A stretch of DNA of 64,000 nucleotides, from positions 275,051-339,050 of the forward strand of contig OY970123.1 in the NCBI GenBank assembly GCA_963705905.1. The letters are read 5' to 3'. A program made the position numbers and the translations under genes. Numbering within the stretch: position 1 is the first letter of the stretch; each line of letters starts with the position of its first letter. The DNA comes from an uncultured Chloroflexia bacterium (GTDB lineage Bacteria; Chloroflexota; Dehalococcoidia; GIF9; UBA5629). Shown in pieces: positions 8,628 through 17,711 of the stretch. Below the pieces are notes generated by a model, which was given only the letters and a program-made list of their open reading frames with translations, was not told where the DNA came from and did not search any database.

Positions 8628-9833
8628 ATGGATTTTGAATTCAGCGAAAAAGAAGAGCAATTGCGCCGGGAAATCCGTGAATTTGCCAGATGTGAGATGG
8701 CTGGCCGGGACATAGTAACCGGCCTGGAAGAGGAGAGCCGTGACGAGGACTGGGAATTCGCCATGCAAATGTCAAAGAAGCTTTCTCAGAAAGGCTGGCT
8801 GACGATGGCCTGGCCTAAGGAATATGGGGGCAGAAACGCCTCTTTTTTTGAGCAACACGTCTACATGGACGAAGCCAGCTACTGGGGTATTCCTGGCACC
8901 ACTATGGGAGTGAGCGGAATCGGTTGGGTGGGGCAGTCTCTGATGCTCTTTGGAAACGATGAGCAGAGGAAAAAATATATACCGCTAATTGCCGCTGGTG
9001 AGCCGGACGGCGTATGGTGTACGGCTTACAGCGAGCCCAATGCCGGCTCAGATTTTTCCAATATTCAGACACGTGCAATCAGGGACGGAGACTTTTATAC
9101 TTTGAACGGACAGAAAATATGGACCAGTTGCGCCCATAGGGCAAGGTGGTGCTGGCTGGCGGTGAGAACGGACACTAGTGTAAGCAAAAAACAGCACGGT
9201 ATTAGCCTGATCATTCTGGATATGAAAAGCCCGGGTATCACCGTTAAACCGATTTACAACTACGCCGGCCTTCACATTTTCAATGAACTTTTTTTCGATA
9301 ATGTGAGGGTACCGGTAGTCAATCTGGTAGGTACGGAAAACAGGGGCTGGTACCACCTTATGCAATCTCTTGCCTTTGAAAGACACAGCGTTGCACCCAT
9401 GTTTTACGGGACGGCCAGACGAATACTTGAAATCGTTGTTAAATATGCCCGCGACACAAATTTACATGGAAGGTCGCTGGCGTCCGACCCACTTGTAAAG
9501 CGCAAGCTGGCAGAAAGGGCAATTGAGCTGGAGACGCTTAAATTATTCGGCTATGAAATTACCTGGAAGCTGAGTAAAGGGTTGATTCCAATATATGAGG
9601 CAGCTCGTAATAAGGCTTATTGCGATTTCGTGATGCAGCGCCTGGCGACCACTGGAAGCGAAATAATCGGCGCGTACTCGCAGGTTGACATGCGGTCTAA
9701 ATGGGCAAAAGTGGAGGGAAGTATCACACGTCTTTATATGATGTTCCCGGGAATCTCGATCGCTGCCGGTACGGACGAAATACAGAAAAATATTATCGGC
9801 CAGTTCAAGATGGGATTGCCCAGGCCTTACTAA
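8628..9833 (+). CDS. Acyl-CoA dehydrogenase (probable catalytic subunit of a paired ACAD)
   Basis: WPKEYGG, YSEPNAGSD, NGQKIWTS, FNELFFDNVRVP, LAFER, IAAGTDEIQKN. Confidence 0.9.
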   Translation: MDFEFSEKEEQLRREIREFARCEMAGRDIVTGLEEESRDEDWEFAMQMSKKLSQKGWLTMAWPKEYGGRNASFFEQHVYMDEASYWGIPGTTMGVSGIGWVGQSLMLFGNDEQRKKYIPLIAAGEPDGVWCTAYSEPNAGSDFSNIQTRAIRDGDFYTLNGQKIWTSCAHRARWCWLAVRTDTSVSKKQHGISLIILDMKSPGITVKPIYNYAGLHIFNELFFDNVRVPVVNLVGTENRGWYHLMQSLAFERHSVAPMFYGTARRILEIVVKYARDTNLHGRSLASDPLVKRKLAERAIELETLKLFGYEITWKLSKGLIPIYEAARNKAYCDFVMQRLATTGSEIIGAYSQVDMRSKWAKVEGSITRLYMMFPGISIAAGTDEIQKNIIGQFKMGLPRPY

Positions 9834-9852
9834 GTCGCTTAAGAGGGGAAAA

Positions 9853-10986
9853 ATGGATTTCGATCTTAATGAACAGCAGCAAATGTTGAGGACTATGGCC
9901 AGGGACTTTTTATTACGTGAATGTACCAGACTGCATGTGAGGGAATTGGAGAATGACAGCCGCGGTTATGATCCTGACATGCTGGCAAAAATGGCGGAAT
10001 TAGGATGGTTGGGCCTGGTATTACCAGAGAAATATGGCGGTACGGGAGCAGGTCTACTGGATCTTGTTGTGCTGCTGGAAGAAATGGGAAGAAATATTAC
10101 GCCGGGTCCGTTCTTTTCCACTGTAGCGTTATGTGCCCTGCCACTGATGAAGTTTGGTACGCAAGCACAAAAAGCAGGATATGCGGCCGATATTGCCGCA
10201 GGTAAAAAAATATGGTCACTGGCTTTAACCGAGGAGTCCGGCAGGTATGACGCTGACGATATAAACTGCCGGGCTGATTTTAACGGTACGCACTATTTAA
10301 TCAACGGTGAGAAATGGTTTACACCGTTCGCACATATTGCGGATTTCTTGATAGTTATGTGCCGGAGCGAGGAGGCAAGCAGTCCAAAGCATGTTTTGAC
10401 TGCATTTATCATAGACACGAAGTGCCGGGGCTTGAAGATTGAACTGATACCCACTATAGCTGGGGACGGACAATGCAGGATCAGGTTCAAGAACGTAAAG
10501 GCGGGTAAACGGGACATATTGGGCGGAGTGGGGAAAGGCTTGAAAGTATTTGATTTTATTATGCAGAGCGCCACCATTTTGAAGTGCGCTGAAGTATCCG
10601 GCGCCTGCCAGGCAATACTGGACATGACCCTGGCCTATGCCAAGGAAAGGGTACAGTTCGATAAACCCATTGGTTCATTTATGGCCATTCAGCATAAGCT
10701 TGTGGATATGCTGACTGAGGTAGAAGGTCTTCAGTACCTGGTTTATTATGCCGCCTGGCTGCTGGCGTCGGATCAGAAAGCAGCTATGCAAATATCAATG
10801 GCTAAGGCCAAAGCAGCCGAGGTATACCAGCAGGTATGCATAGACGGTATTAAGATACACGGAGCGATAGGATTTAGCATGGACCACGATATAGGCTGCT
10901 TTTTCAGGCGCATAAAATCAGCCGAATTTATGCTGGGAGACAGAGACATGCATCTCTACAAAGTTGCAAACGGTATCGGGCTTTAA
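9853..10986 (+). CDS. Acyl-CoA dehydrogenase (short partner subunit)
   Basis: PEKYGG, ERVQFDKPIGSFMAIQHKL, QIHG-like KIHGAIGF; C-terminus lacks the IYEGT-type motif. Confidence 0.88.
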   Translation: MDFDLNEQQQMLRTMARDFLLRECTRLHVRELENDSRGYDPDMLAKMAELGWLGLVLPEKYGGTGAGLLDLVVLLEEMGRNITPGPFFSTVALCALPLMKFGTQAQKAGYAADIAAGKKIWSLALTEESGRYDADDINCRADFNGTHYLINGEKWFTPFAHIADFLIVMCRSEEASSPKHVLTAFIIDTKCRGLKIELIPTIAGDGQCRIRFKNVKAGKRDILGGVGKGLKVFDFIMQSATILKCAEVSGACQAILDMTLAYAKERVQFDKPIGSFMAIQHKLVDMLTEVEGLQYLVYYAAWLLASDQKAAMQISMAKAKAAEVYQQVCIDGIKIHGAIGFSMDHDIGCFFRRIKSAEFMLGDRDMHLYKVANGIGL

Positions 10987-10999
10987 TTGACTGGTCAAT
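10986..10999. promoter_or_regulatory. Palindromic operator candidate overlapping a -35 box
   Basis: ATTGAC-TG-GTCAAT inverted repeat; TTGACT-18 nt-TATAGT promoter-like arrangement upstream of 11151. Confidence 0.45.
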
Positions 11000-11150
11000 A
11001 AAAAATTAGCTATAGTAGCACCATATTATTGGAATATTCAGATACAATAAAGTACGTATATGTAGTTGTTATTTACGATAAGATAGTGTAAAATTTTTTG
11101 CTGACGGATTAGCGACAACATTCAATACCGTTCCGGACAAAGGAGGAAAA

Positions 11151-12593
11151 ATGGTAGGCATCAGGTCGTATGGGGCTCATATACCAAGATTTCGGTTGGA
11201 TCGCAATGTAATGCAATTGGCTCTTTTATTCCTGGGTTTTGCGCCGTTGAGGGGCGAAAAGGCGGTGGCCAATTGGGATGAGGACAGCATAACCATGGCA
11301 GTTGCGGCAGCAGTAGATTGCTTGAAAGACGAGGATAGCGACCGGGTTGACGGATTGTACTTTGCCAGCACATCTCAGACATATGCCTTAAGGCAAAACG
11401 CAGGCATTGCGGCTGCAGCTCTGGATCTTAAGACCAGTACCAGGACCGCAGATTTCACTGACTCGACCAAGTCAGGCACTGCTGCATTACTGGCTGCCGC
11501 CGACGCTATCTCTGCCGGATCGCTAAACAGTTGCCTGGTATCCGCAGCGGACTGCAGGGTCAGCAAGGTTGGCAGTAATGGCGATTATACTTATGGAGAC
11601 GGTGCAGCCGCATTTTTACTCGCTAAAGAAGATGTGATAGCAAATATTGAGGGAGCTTTCTCAACCACTCATGATTTTGTTGACCGCAGGCGCCTTGAGG
11701 GTGAACGCATGGAACATTTGTGGGAGGAGCGTTTTATCCGCGATGCCGGCTATATGAAATTTATTCCAGAGGCGGTTAAAGGGCTGGTCGATAAATACAA
11801 GTTAAATATCAAGGATTTTTCCAAGGTAATCTATGCATGTTCTTTCGCCGGCGCTCATTCCGCTCTGGCCAAGGTGATGGGGCTAGTGCCTGAGCAGGTG
11901 CAAGATCCGATGCTGAACAATGTGGGCGAAACAGGCGTGGCTCAGTCGCTGATGATGCTGGTAGCAGCCCTGGAAGATGCCAAACCCGGAGATAAGATCA
12001 TGGTTGTAAGCTTCGGGCAGGGATGTGATGCCTTCTACCTGACCGTTACAGATAATATAACTAAAATGAAAGGCAAGAAGGGCATTAAAGGCAACCTGGC
12101 AAATAAAGCACCATTGGGGAGCTATGAAAAGTATCTGGCTTTCCGCAAATTGATGCCTTCTGAAATTGGTATTAGAGGTGAGGAGACGCTCTATACCTCG
12201 TTTTCAATAGTCTCAAGGGATAGCCGGGAGATATATGGCATGGTTGGAACAAAGTGCAAGAAATGCGGCACTCCGGCCTGGCCTGCTCAGAGAATCTGTC
12301 CGAACCCCGACTGCGGTGCGGTCGACCAGATCGAACCATATAGATTTGCGGATAAGAAAGCCAACATATTTACGTACACCAGCGACTTTCTGGCTGCCAG
12401 CATTGATCCGCCTTCTTCCTACGGGTTCATTGATTTCGTAGGCGGTGGCAGGACCGGAGTAGATTTTACAGACTGTGACGCAAACAGCCTCAAAGTAGGC
12501 CTGCCGGTCGAGCTGAGTTTCAGGATAAAATTTACGGATGAGAAACGCGCGGCTGTGAACTATGGCTGGAAAGGGATCCCAATCATCACATAA
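11151..12593 (+). CDS. HMG-CoA-synthase-like domain fused to a C-terminal DUF35 (zinc ribbon + OB-fold) domain
   Basis: GIRSYGAHIPRFRL, DEDSITMAVAAA, GDGAAA, VGETG, SFGQG (HMGS fold); C-terminal CKKCG...ICPNPDC, ANIFTYT, VGLPVELSFR (DUF35). Confidence 0.85.
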   Translation: MVGIRSYGAHIPRFRLDRNVMQLALLFLGFAPLRGEKAVANWDEDSITMAVAAAVDCLKDEDSDRVDGLYFASTSQTYALRQNAGIAAAALDLKTSTRTADFTDSTKSGTAALLAAADAISAGSLNSCLVSAADCRVSKVGSNGDYTYGDGAAAFLLAKEDVIANIEGAFSTTHDFVDRRRLEGERMEHLWEERFIRDAGYMKFIPEAVKGLVDKYKLNIKDFSKVIYACSFAGAHSALAKVMGLVPEQVQDPMLNNVGETGVAQSLMMLVAALEDAKPGDKIMVVSFGQGCDAFYLTVTDNITKMKGKKGIKGNLANKAPLGSYEKYLAFRKLMPSEIGIRGEETLYTSFSIVSRDSREIYGMVGTKCKKCGTPAWPAQRICPNPDCGAVDQIEPYRFADKKANIFTYTSDFLAASIDPPSSYGFIDFVGGGRTGVDFTDCDANSLKVGLPVELSFRIKFTDEKRAAVNYGWKGIPIIT

Positions 12594-12622
12594 CCAAAGG
12601 GAAAAACAAGGAGGACATGTAA

Positions 12623-13816
12623 ATGGCCGAGGGAATTAAAGATAAAGTTGCCATAATCGGTATGGGTTGCACTAAATTTGGCGAGCGCTTTGACGCAAGT
12701 CCGCAAGATCTTATCGTGGAGGCGTTTGTTGAGTGCCTGGAAGATGCGGGCATGGAAAAGAAGGATATTCAAGCCGCATGGTGGGGTGTGCACATGCCTG
12801 ATATCAGTGTCGGACGGGGTGCCACCATATTAGGACACACTCTGAAGTTGCCTTTCATTCCCATAACACGTGTTGAAAATTTCTGTGCTACCGGGTCCGA
12901 AGCACTGCGCGGCGCAGTATATGCAGTTGCATCCGGGGCTTATGATATTTGCCTGGCGCTGGGGATGGAGAAGTTGAAAGACACAGGTTACGGCGGCCTG
13001 CCGGTAGCGGGTATGTTGGGTTATAAGTTACCTTTGGTCAATTTCAATTTGTCAGCGCCGGGCGGTTTTGCCATGCTGGCTACAAAATATTTTTCGCAAT
13101 ACAACCTTGATCCTCAGGAAGGCAAGATGATGCTCGCCCGGGTTTCAGCCAAGAGCCATAAAAACGGCGTCCTCTCTCCCAAGGCACATCTACGCAGGGA
13201 AATTACTGTGGAACAGATTGTTAATGCCCCGATAATAGCCTGGCCGCTCGGGCTTTTCGACTGCTGTGGAGTAAGCGACGGCGCGGCTGCAGCCATAGTT
13301 TGCAGGGCTGATATGGCCAAGAAATTCAGGCAGGATCCCATTTTCGTTAAATCCCTTCAGATCGCAGTTTCTTCCGGCGAAGAGATGCTTTACACCAAGT
13401 GGGACGGCTCGCATGTTGAACCTGCCTATCGCGCTGGCATAGCTGCATACAAGGAAGCAGGTATTAAGAACCCGCGTGAAGAAGTAAGCATGGCGGAAGT
13501 CCATGACTGTTTTTCCATCACCGAAGCGGTTACGATGGAAGACATGCAGTTCAGCCCGAGGGGCAGGGTGAAAGAAGATATTGAGTCGGGCAGATTTAAC
13601 CTGGACGGCGCTCAGCCTATTCAGCCCGACGGTGGTTTGAAATGTTTCGGACACCCCATAGGGGCCAGCGGACTAAGGATGATGTATGAGATGTACAAGC
13701 AATTGCAGGGTAAAGCCGATAAAAGACAGATAAAAGACCCCAAAATAGGGCTTACGCATAACATGGGTGGTTTTCCTTCCATGAACATAGTAAGCGTCTG
13801 CATCGTTGGAAAATAA
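12623..13816 (+). CDS. Thiolase, SCP2/archaeal type
   Basis: VENFCATG, DGAAA, AEVHDCF, GGLKCFGHPIGASG, THNMGG. Confidence 0.9.
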   Translation: MAEGIKDKVAIIGMGCTKFGERFDASPQDLIVEAFVECLEDAGMEKKDIQAAWWGVHMPDISVGRGATILGHTLKLPFIPITRVENFCATGSEALRGAVYAVASGAYDICLALGMEKLKDTGYGGLPVAGMLGYKLPLVNFNLSAPGGFAMLATKYFSQYNLDPQEGKMMLARVSAKSHKNGVLSPKAHLRREITVEQIVNAPIIAWPLGLFDCCGVSDGAAAAIVCRADMAKKFRQDPIFVKSLQIAVSSGEEMLYTKWDGSHVEPAYRAGIAAYKEAGIKNPREEVSMAEVHDCFSITEAVTMEDMQFSPRGRVKEDIESGRFNLDGAQPIQPDGGLKCFGHPIGASGLRMMYEMYKQLQGKADKRQIKDPKIGLTHNMGGFPSMNIVSVCIVGK

Positions 13817-13838
13817 GAATAGGGGAGGCGGTTTCACC

Positions 13839-14312
13839 ATGGCTGTATTTGTGGTTCCCGAAAGCTTGAAAAAAATGGTCGGGCAGACCGAGGAACCCAT
13901 TGTTTTCAAAGTCGAGGAGGGCGCCATACAAAGATATGCGCGGGCGGTAGGAGATACTAATCTATTATATAATGATGTCGAGCATGCCGCTAGAAGCAGG
14001 TGGGGGCGTTTGCTGGCGCCGCCGGCATTCGCTGGCTGGCCCGTAAAATCCGACGGTTTTGACATGATCAAATTCGTAGAAAAGCTGATCAAAGCGGGTG
14101 CTCCTGCGGGGCTGCTGGATGGTGGCGTAGACTATGAGTTTTTTTCGACCGTAGCCGCAGGCGATACTCTTATCGCGGTTACTAAGATCGAAAGTATTGA
14201 AGGTCGTGAAACAAAGCTGGGTCCCACAATGATAACTACGGTGGAAACCATGTTCACTAACCAAGGTGGGGGCAAGGCATTCGTCATGCGTAATATGTTC
14301 CTGAATTTCTAA
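13839..14312 (+). CDS. MaoC-like (hot-dog fold) dehydratase, N-terminal-type subunit
   Basis: VEEGAIQRYARAVGDTN.LY...APP motif; ATG at 13839 follows GGGGAGG. Confidence 0.8.
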   Translation: MAVFVVPESLKKMVGQTEEPIVFKVEEGAIQRYARAVGDTNLLYNDVEHAARSRWGRLLAPPAFAGWPVKSDGFDMIKFVEKLIKAGAPAGLLDGGVDYEFFSTVAAGDTLIAVTKIESIEGRETKLGPTMITTVETMFTNQGGGKAFVMRNMFLNF

Positions 14313-14339
14313 GAAGTCCGTCTTTTATGCGGGAGGAAT

Positions 14340-14807
14340 ATGGCAGAGCAGATATATTATGAGGATCTGGAAGTTGGGTATGAAATAACTCCCCTGAAAA
14401 AAGTGGCGACCACCAGGATGCTGGTGCAATGGGCCGGTGCTTCAGGGGACTTTAATCCTCTTCACTATGAAGAAGATTTCGCAAAAAACCTTGGAGTCGG
14501 CCATCCAATTGTTCACGGGGCGCTCAAGAGAGCGTGGCTCGTGAACCTGATGACCGACTGGATAGGTGAAGAGGGAAGATTGAAGAAGTTGTCCTGTCGT
14601 TACCGCGGTATGGACTATCCGCGAAAAATGAAGAATTTCGATGAACCGTTGGACGGCGAAACCTGGTGGTGCAAAGGCAAAGTAATCAGAAAATATGTAG
14701 AAGGTGGCGAGCTCCTGGCTGAGTGCGAGATCTGGGTTGAGAACGGAAAGGGAGATAAAACAACGCTGGGACATGCTCTAGCGGTTCTCCCTTCAAAATC
14801 TAAATAA
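14340..14807 (+). CDS. MaoC-family (R)-enoyl-CoA hydratase
   Basis: Hydratase-2 motif WAGASGDFNPLH...PIVHG. Confidence 0.85.
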   Translation: MAEQIYYEDLEVGYEITPLKKVATTRMLVQWAGASGDFNPLHYEEDFAKNLGVGHPIVHGALKRAWLVNLMTDWIGEEGRLKKLSCRYRGMDYPRKMKNFDEPLDGETWWCKGKVIRKYVEGGELLAECEIWVENGKGDKTTLGHALAVLPSKSK

Positions 14808-14932
14808 CAGTCCTTTTTCGAGCGAATTCATAGCTGTGGTTGATGCCGTCCATATTCGGCGGACATCTGCTTATGCACAATCAAGAGAATTTTAGCGGAT
14901 AATGCATTATAATAGGCCGTGGAGAAACTATT

Positions 14933-15637
14933 ATGTATAACATAATCTGGGATCTGATTCTGACGGTCATAATAAGCTATCTGCTGGGCTCCATTCCTTC
15001 GGCTTACCTGGTTGGCCGCGGGTTTAAAGGCGTAGATATAAGGCAGATCGGCAGCCACAATATGGGCGCCATGAATGCTTTCTATGCGATCGGGTTTTGG
15101 CCTGGCATGCTGGTGCTGGCGTGCGATGTCGGCAAAGGCATATTGTCACTGTATTTTTCGTATCTTCTGTCTGTATTTATCTTACCCGTTGACGCCAGCT
15201 ATGTTATCCCTATTGAAATGCTATCCGGTGTTGCTGTAATTGCAGGACACAACTTTACGGTTTTTCTCAAATTCAGGGGTGGCAAAGGTGGAGCAACGGC
15301 TATCGGGGTACTTGCTTTTTTGGTTGCTTGGGTAAATTGGTTCGAGTTGGGTCCAATAAAGTTGCCGATACCTTACGGATGGCTGATTTACCTGGCGTCA
15401 TTTCTTACGATAATGGCCATTACCCGCTGGCCGACGGCCGCGTACGGAGTTTCTTTTGCAGCTTTCCCGCTAATAGCGTGGTACGTTTATAAAGACCCGG
15501 GGTTGACGATATATTCTACATGCATCGCCCTGGTACCTATATTAATGTATATACCGCGCCTTAAACAGATCCTAGGCAAGTCGGATGGCAATGTTAAAAG
15601 GGCTCTATTCAGGAAAAATCTCAAAGACAGGATGTAA
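14933..15637 (+). CDS. plsY: Glycerol-3-phosphate acyltransferase PlsY family (second paralog)
   Basis: YLLGSIPSAY, DIRQIGSHNMGAMN, DVGKG, GHNFTVFLKFRGGKGGAT. Confidence 0.85.
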   Translation: MYNIIWDLILTVIISYLLGSIPSAYLVGRGFKGVDIRQIGSHNMGAMNAFYAIGFWPGMLVLACDVGKGILSLYFSYLLSVFILPVDASYVIPIEMLSGVAVIAGHNFTVFLKFRGGKGGATAIGVLAFLVAWVNWFELGPIKLPIPYGWLIYLASFLTIMAITRWPTAAYGVSFAAFPLIAWYVYKDPGLTIYSTCIALVPILMYIPRLKQILGKSDGNVKRALFRKNLKDRM

Positions 15638-15650
15638 AAGGCGAGTCAAG

Positions 15651-16634
15651 TTATTTAGCCCGGAAAGGATGGTCCTGGCGTTGGAAGTCGGGCAGGTAGC
15701 AGTCGGAGGAATCCATTTCCTGAAGCCATCCATTTTCCATACCCAGATTTTCTAACAGGGCAACAACCCGCCGGTATTCATCCAAAGAAATCCTGCGTGA
15801 AAGCAACGGTTCACCATCGGCCATATAACAGGGACGATATTGTGCCATAAGGCTTATCGTAATATTCCTGGAGATATGATCAGCCAGCCATCTCAATGAA
15901 TCCTCGCTTCCGGCTATCCCATTAGGCAGGATAAGGTGGCGGACTATCAAGCCCCGCTGAGCTATACCCGAGGAGTCGGTTACGAGGTTGCCCACCTGCC
16001 GGTACATTTCACTTATGGCCTGTCTGCTTTGCATTACATAATCCTTACCCTGAGAGAATTTTAGCGAGTACTCATCGGAGGAATACTTAATATCGGGTAA
16101 GTAAATGTCTACTACGCCGTCAAGCAATTTCAAGGTGCGTGTGGAATCGTAAGCATTGGTATTATAGACGATAGGCAATTTCAGTCCCATGCGGGCTGCA
16201 TATAATACCGCCTCCACGATTTGCGGCACGTAGTGTGTAGGAGAAACCAGGTTTATATTGTGGCAATGGAGTTGCTCCTGAAGGTAAATCATCGCGTTCG
16301 CCAATTCCTCTGAGTTAAGATAGCTGTCTTTGCAGTCCATCGCCTGGCTGATCTGGTAGTTCTGACAGTAACAGCAGCGCATGTTGCATCCGCTGAAAAA
16401 TATTGTGCCTGACCCCCTGGAACCCGAAAGAGCGGGTTCCTCACCATGATGGTCGCAGTAGCTGGATACACGAACCAGACGACCGGCCCGGCAAAATCCG
16501 TTATTGAGTTCCAGCCGGTTAACGTGACATTTACGCGGACACATCTCACATTCAGCTAATAACCCGTTAAGGGTAGCGACTCGTTTTTCCAGCTCTCCCG
16601 ATTTACATAACGAAAGGTAAGATGGTTCAAACAT
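15651..16634 (-). CDS. Radical SAM protein, PflX-like
   Basis: CEMCPRKC, HHGEEP, GSGTIFFSGCNMRCCYCQN, YLPDIKY, IVRHLILP. Confidence 0.88.
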   Translation of the reverse strand: MFEPSYLSLCKSGELEKRVATLNGLLAECEMCPRKCHVNRLELNNGFCRAGRLVRVSSYCDHHGEEPALSGSRGSGTIFFSGCNMRCCYCQNYQISQAMDCKDSYLNSEELANAMIYLQEQLHCHNINLVSPTHYVPQIVEAVLYAARMGLKLPIVYNTNAYDSTRTLKLLDGVVDIYLPDIKYSSDEYSLKFSQGKDYVMQSRQAISEMYRQVGNLVTDSSGIAQRGLIVRHLILPNGIAGSEDSLRWLADHISRNITISLMAQYRPCYMADGEPLLSRRISLDEYRRVVALLENLGMENGWLQEMDSSDCYLPDFQRQDHPFRAK

Positions 16635-16762
16635 TTGAGGCCTTTGTTACGAAATTAGTATATGGATTATAAAAGAGCCGGGTTAAAAACTTATTAACTG
16701 ATAGGGAAGAAGGTTCAAGCCGTTCAGATTTGCCGGGTGATACCAACGGGCACTGGCAACGC

Positions 16763-17308
16763 TTAAATAGTTGGTTGATCGGCATGGTTGTTATCCATGG
16801 CCTCAATCTCGCTACGGAAAAAGGCAATAACCTGCTCCGCGCTTGTCTTTGCCTGTGATTTTTCCGTCCCACGCCATGATATGCTTGCATCTCGAGCCCT
16901 TTGAAGCATTTCGTTCAAAGCTGTCAATTCATCGGCCGAGAAGCTTTTCTGGAATATTGCTCGTATTGAAGATTGCCAGGCGGGCAGAATTTTACCGATC
17001 AGTTGTTTTCCTTCGCTGGTCAGGGAAACCGCAACCTGCCTCCTATCACTCCTCGAGCGCCTGCGGCGTACCAATTTGCGCTCCTGGAGCTTATCGAGAA
17101 GCTGCACCATCGAGTGCGGCTCTCGCCTTGCGAGAGCGGATAGCTGTGTAGCTGTCATAAGTTTATCGGCAAAGAGAAGGACCCACAAAACAAAAGCCTG
17201 CGATAATGTAAGGTCTGCAGGCTTCATAATCGCTTCTTCCACCGCAGACTCATATTCTTCCCATGCCTGGACTAGATGATAGGGCGTAACAAACGAATCC
17301 AGCATCAT
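16763..17308 (-). CDS. MarR family transcriptional regulator
   Basis: LTLSQAFVL...TATQLS...LDKLQERKLVRRRRSRSDRRQVAVSLTSEG winged-helix signature; divergent from the kinase-RLP operon. Confidence 0.85.
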   Translation of the reverse strand: MMLDSFVTPYHLVQAWEEYESAVEEAIMKPADLTLSQAFVLWVLLFADKLMTATQLSALARREPHSMVQLLDKLQERKLVRRRRSRSDRRQVAVSLTSEGKQLIGKILPAWQSSIRAIFQKSFSADELTALNEMLQRARDASISWRGTEKSQAKTSAEQVIAFFRSEIEAMDNNHADQPTI

Positions 17309-17711
17309 TGTCTTTTTCGAACGACCCTTTCCCGCGTGGCGAATTATCCATTCTTACCGCTCATCATAATGGCATAGTTTACCATATTTCGAACAAATTT
17401 CTGCCTTCACATAAAAACGTATCATTATAGCAGATATATGTCAAAGCAGATAGAATCTGTATAGACATTATCTTCACTGATATGATATTATGGTTATGCC
17501 CACTGATAAAGCTTTGATTCGAGGGTTATTCACATAGTTAATTTATCTTGCCGGCCAAGGCAATGTTGAACAACTCAATGGTTGTACGCAGAAGGAAATC
17601 CGTTACTGTTCGAATGAACCAGTACGAGGCGTTGATTCCCAGTAGGATAATATGTATGATAGTGCATGTTCGAGCAGTAACAAAATTTTCTTTTAACGGG
17701 GGTGTGGCCGG

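Noticed and set aside
11151-13816. Mevalonate pathway (HMG-CoA synthase + thiolase)
   Set aside because: The HMGS catalytic Cys appears absent, there is no HMG-CoA reductase or mevalonate kinase nearby, and the context is beta-oxidation.
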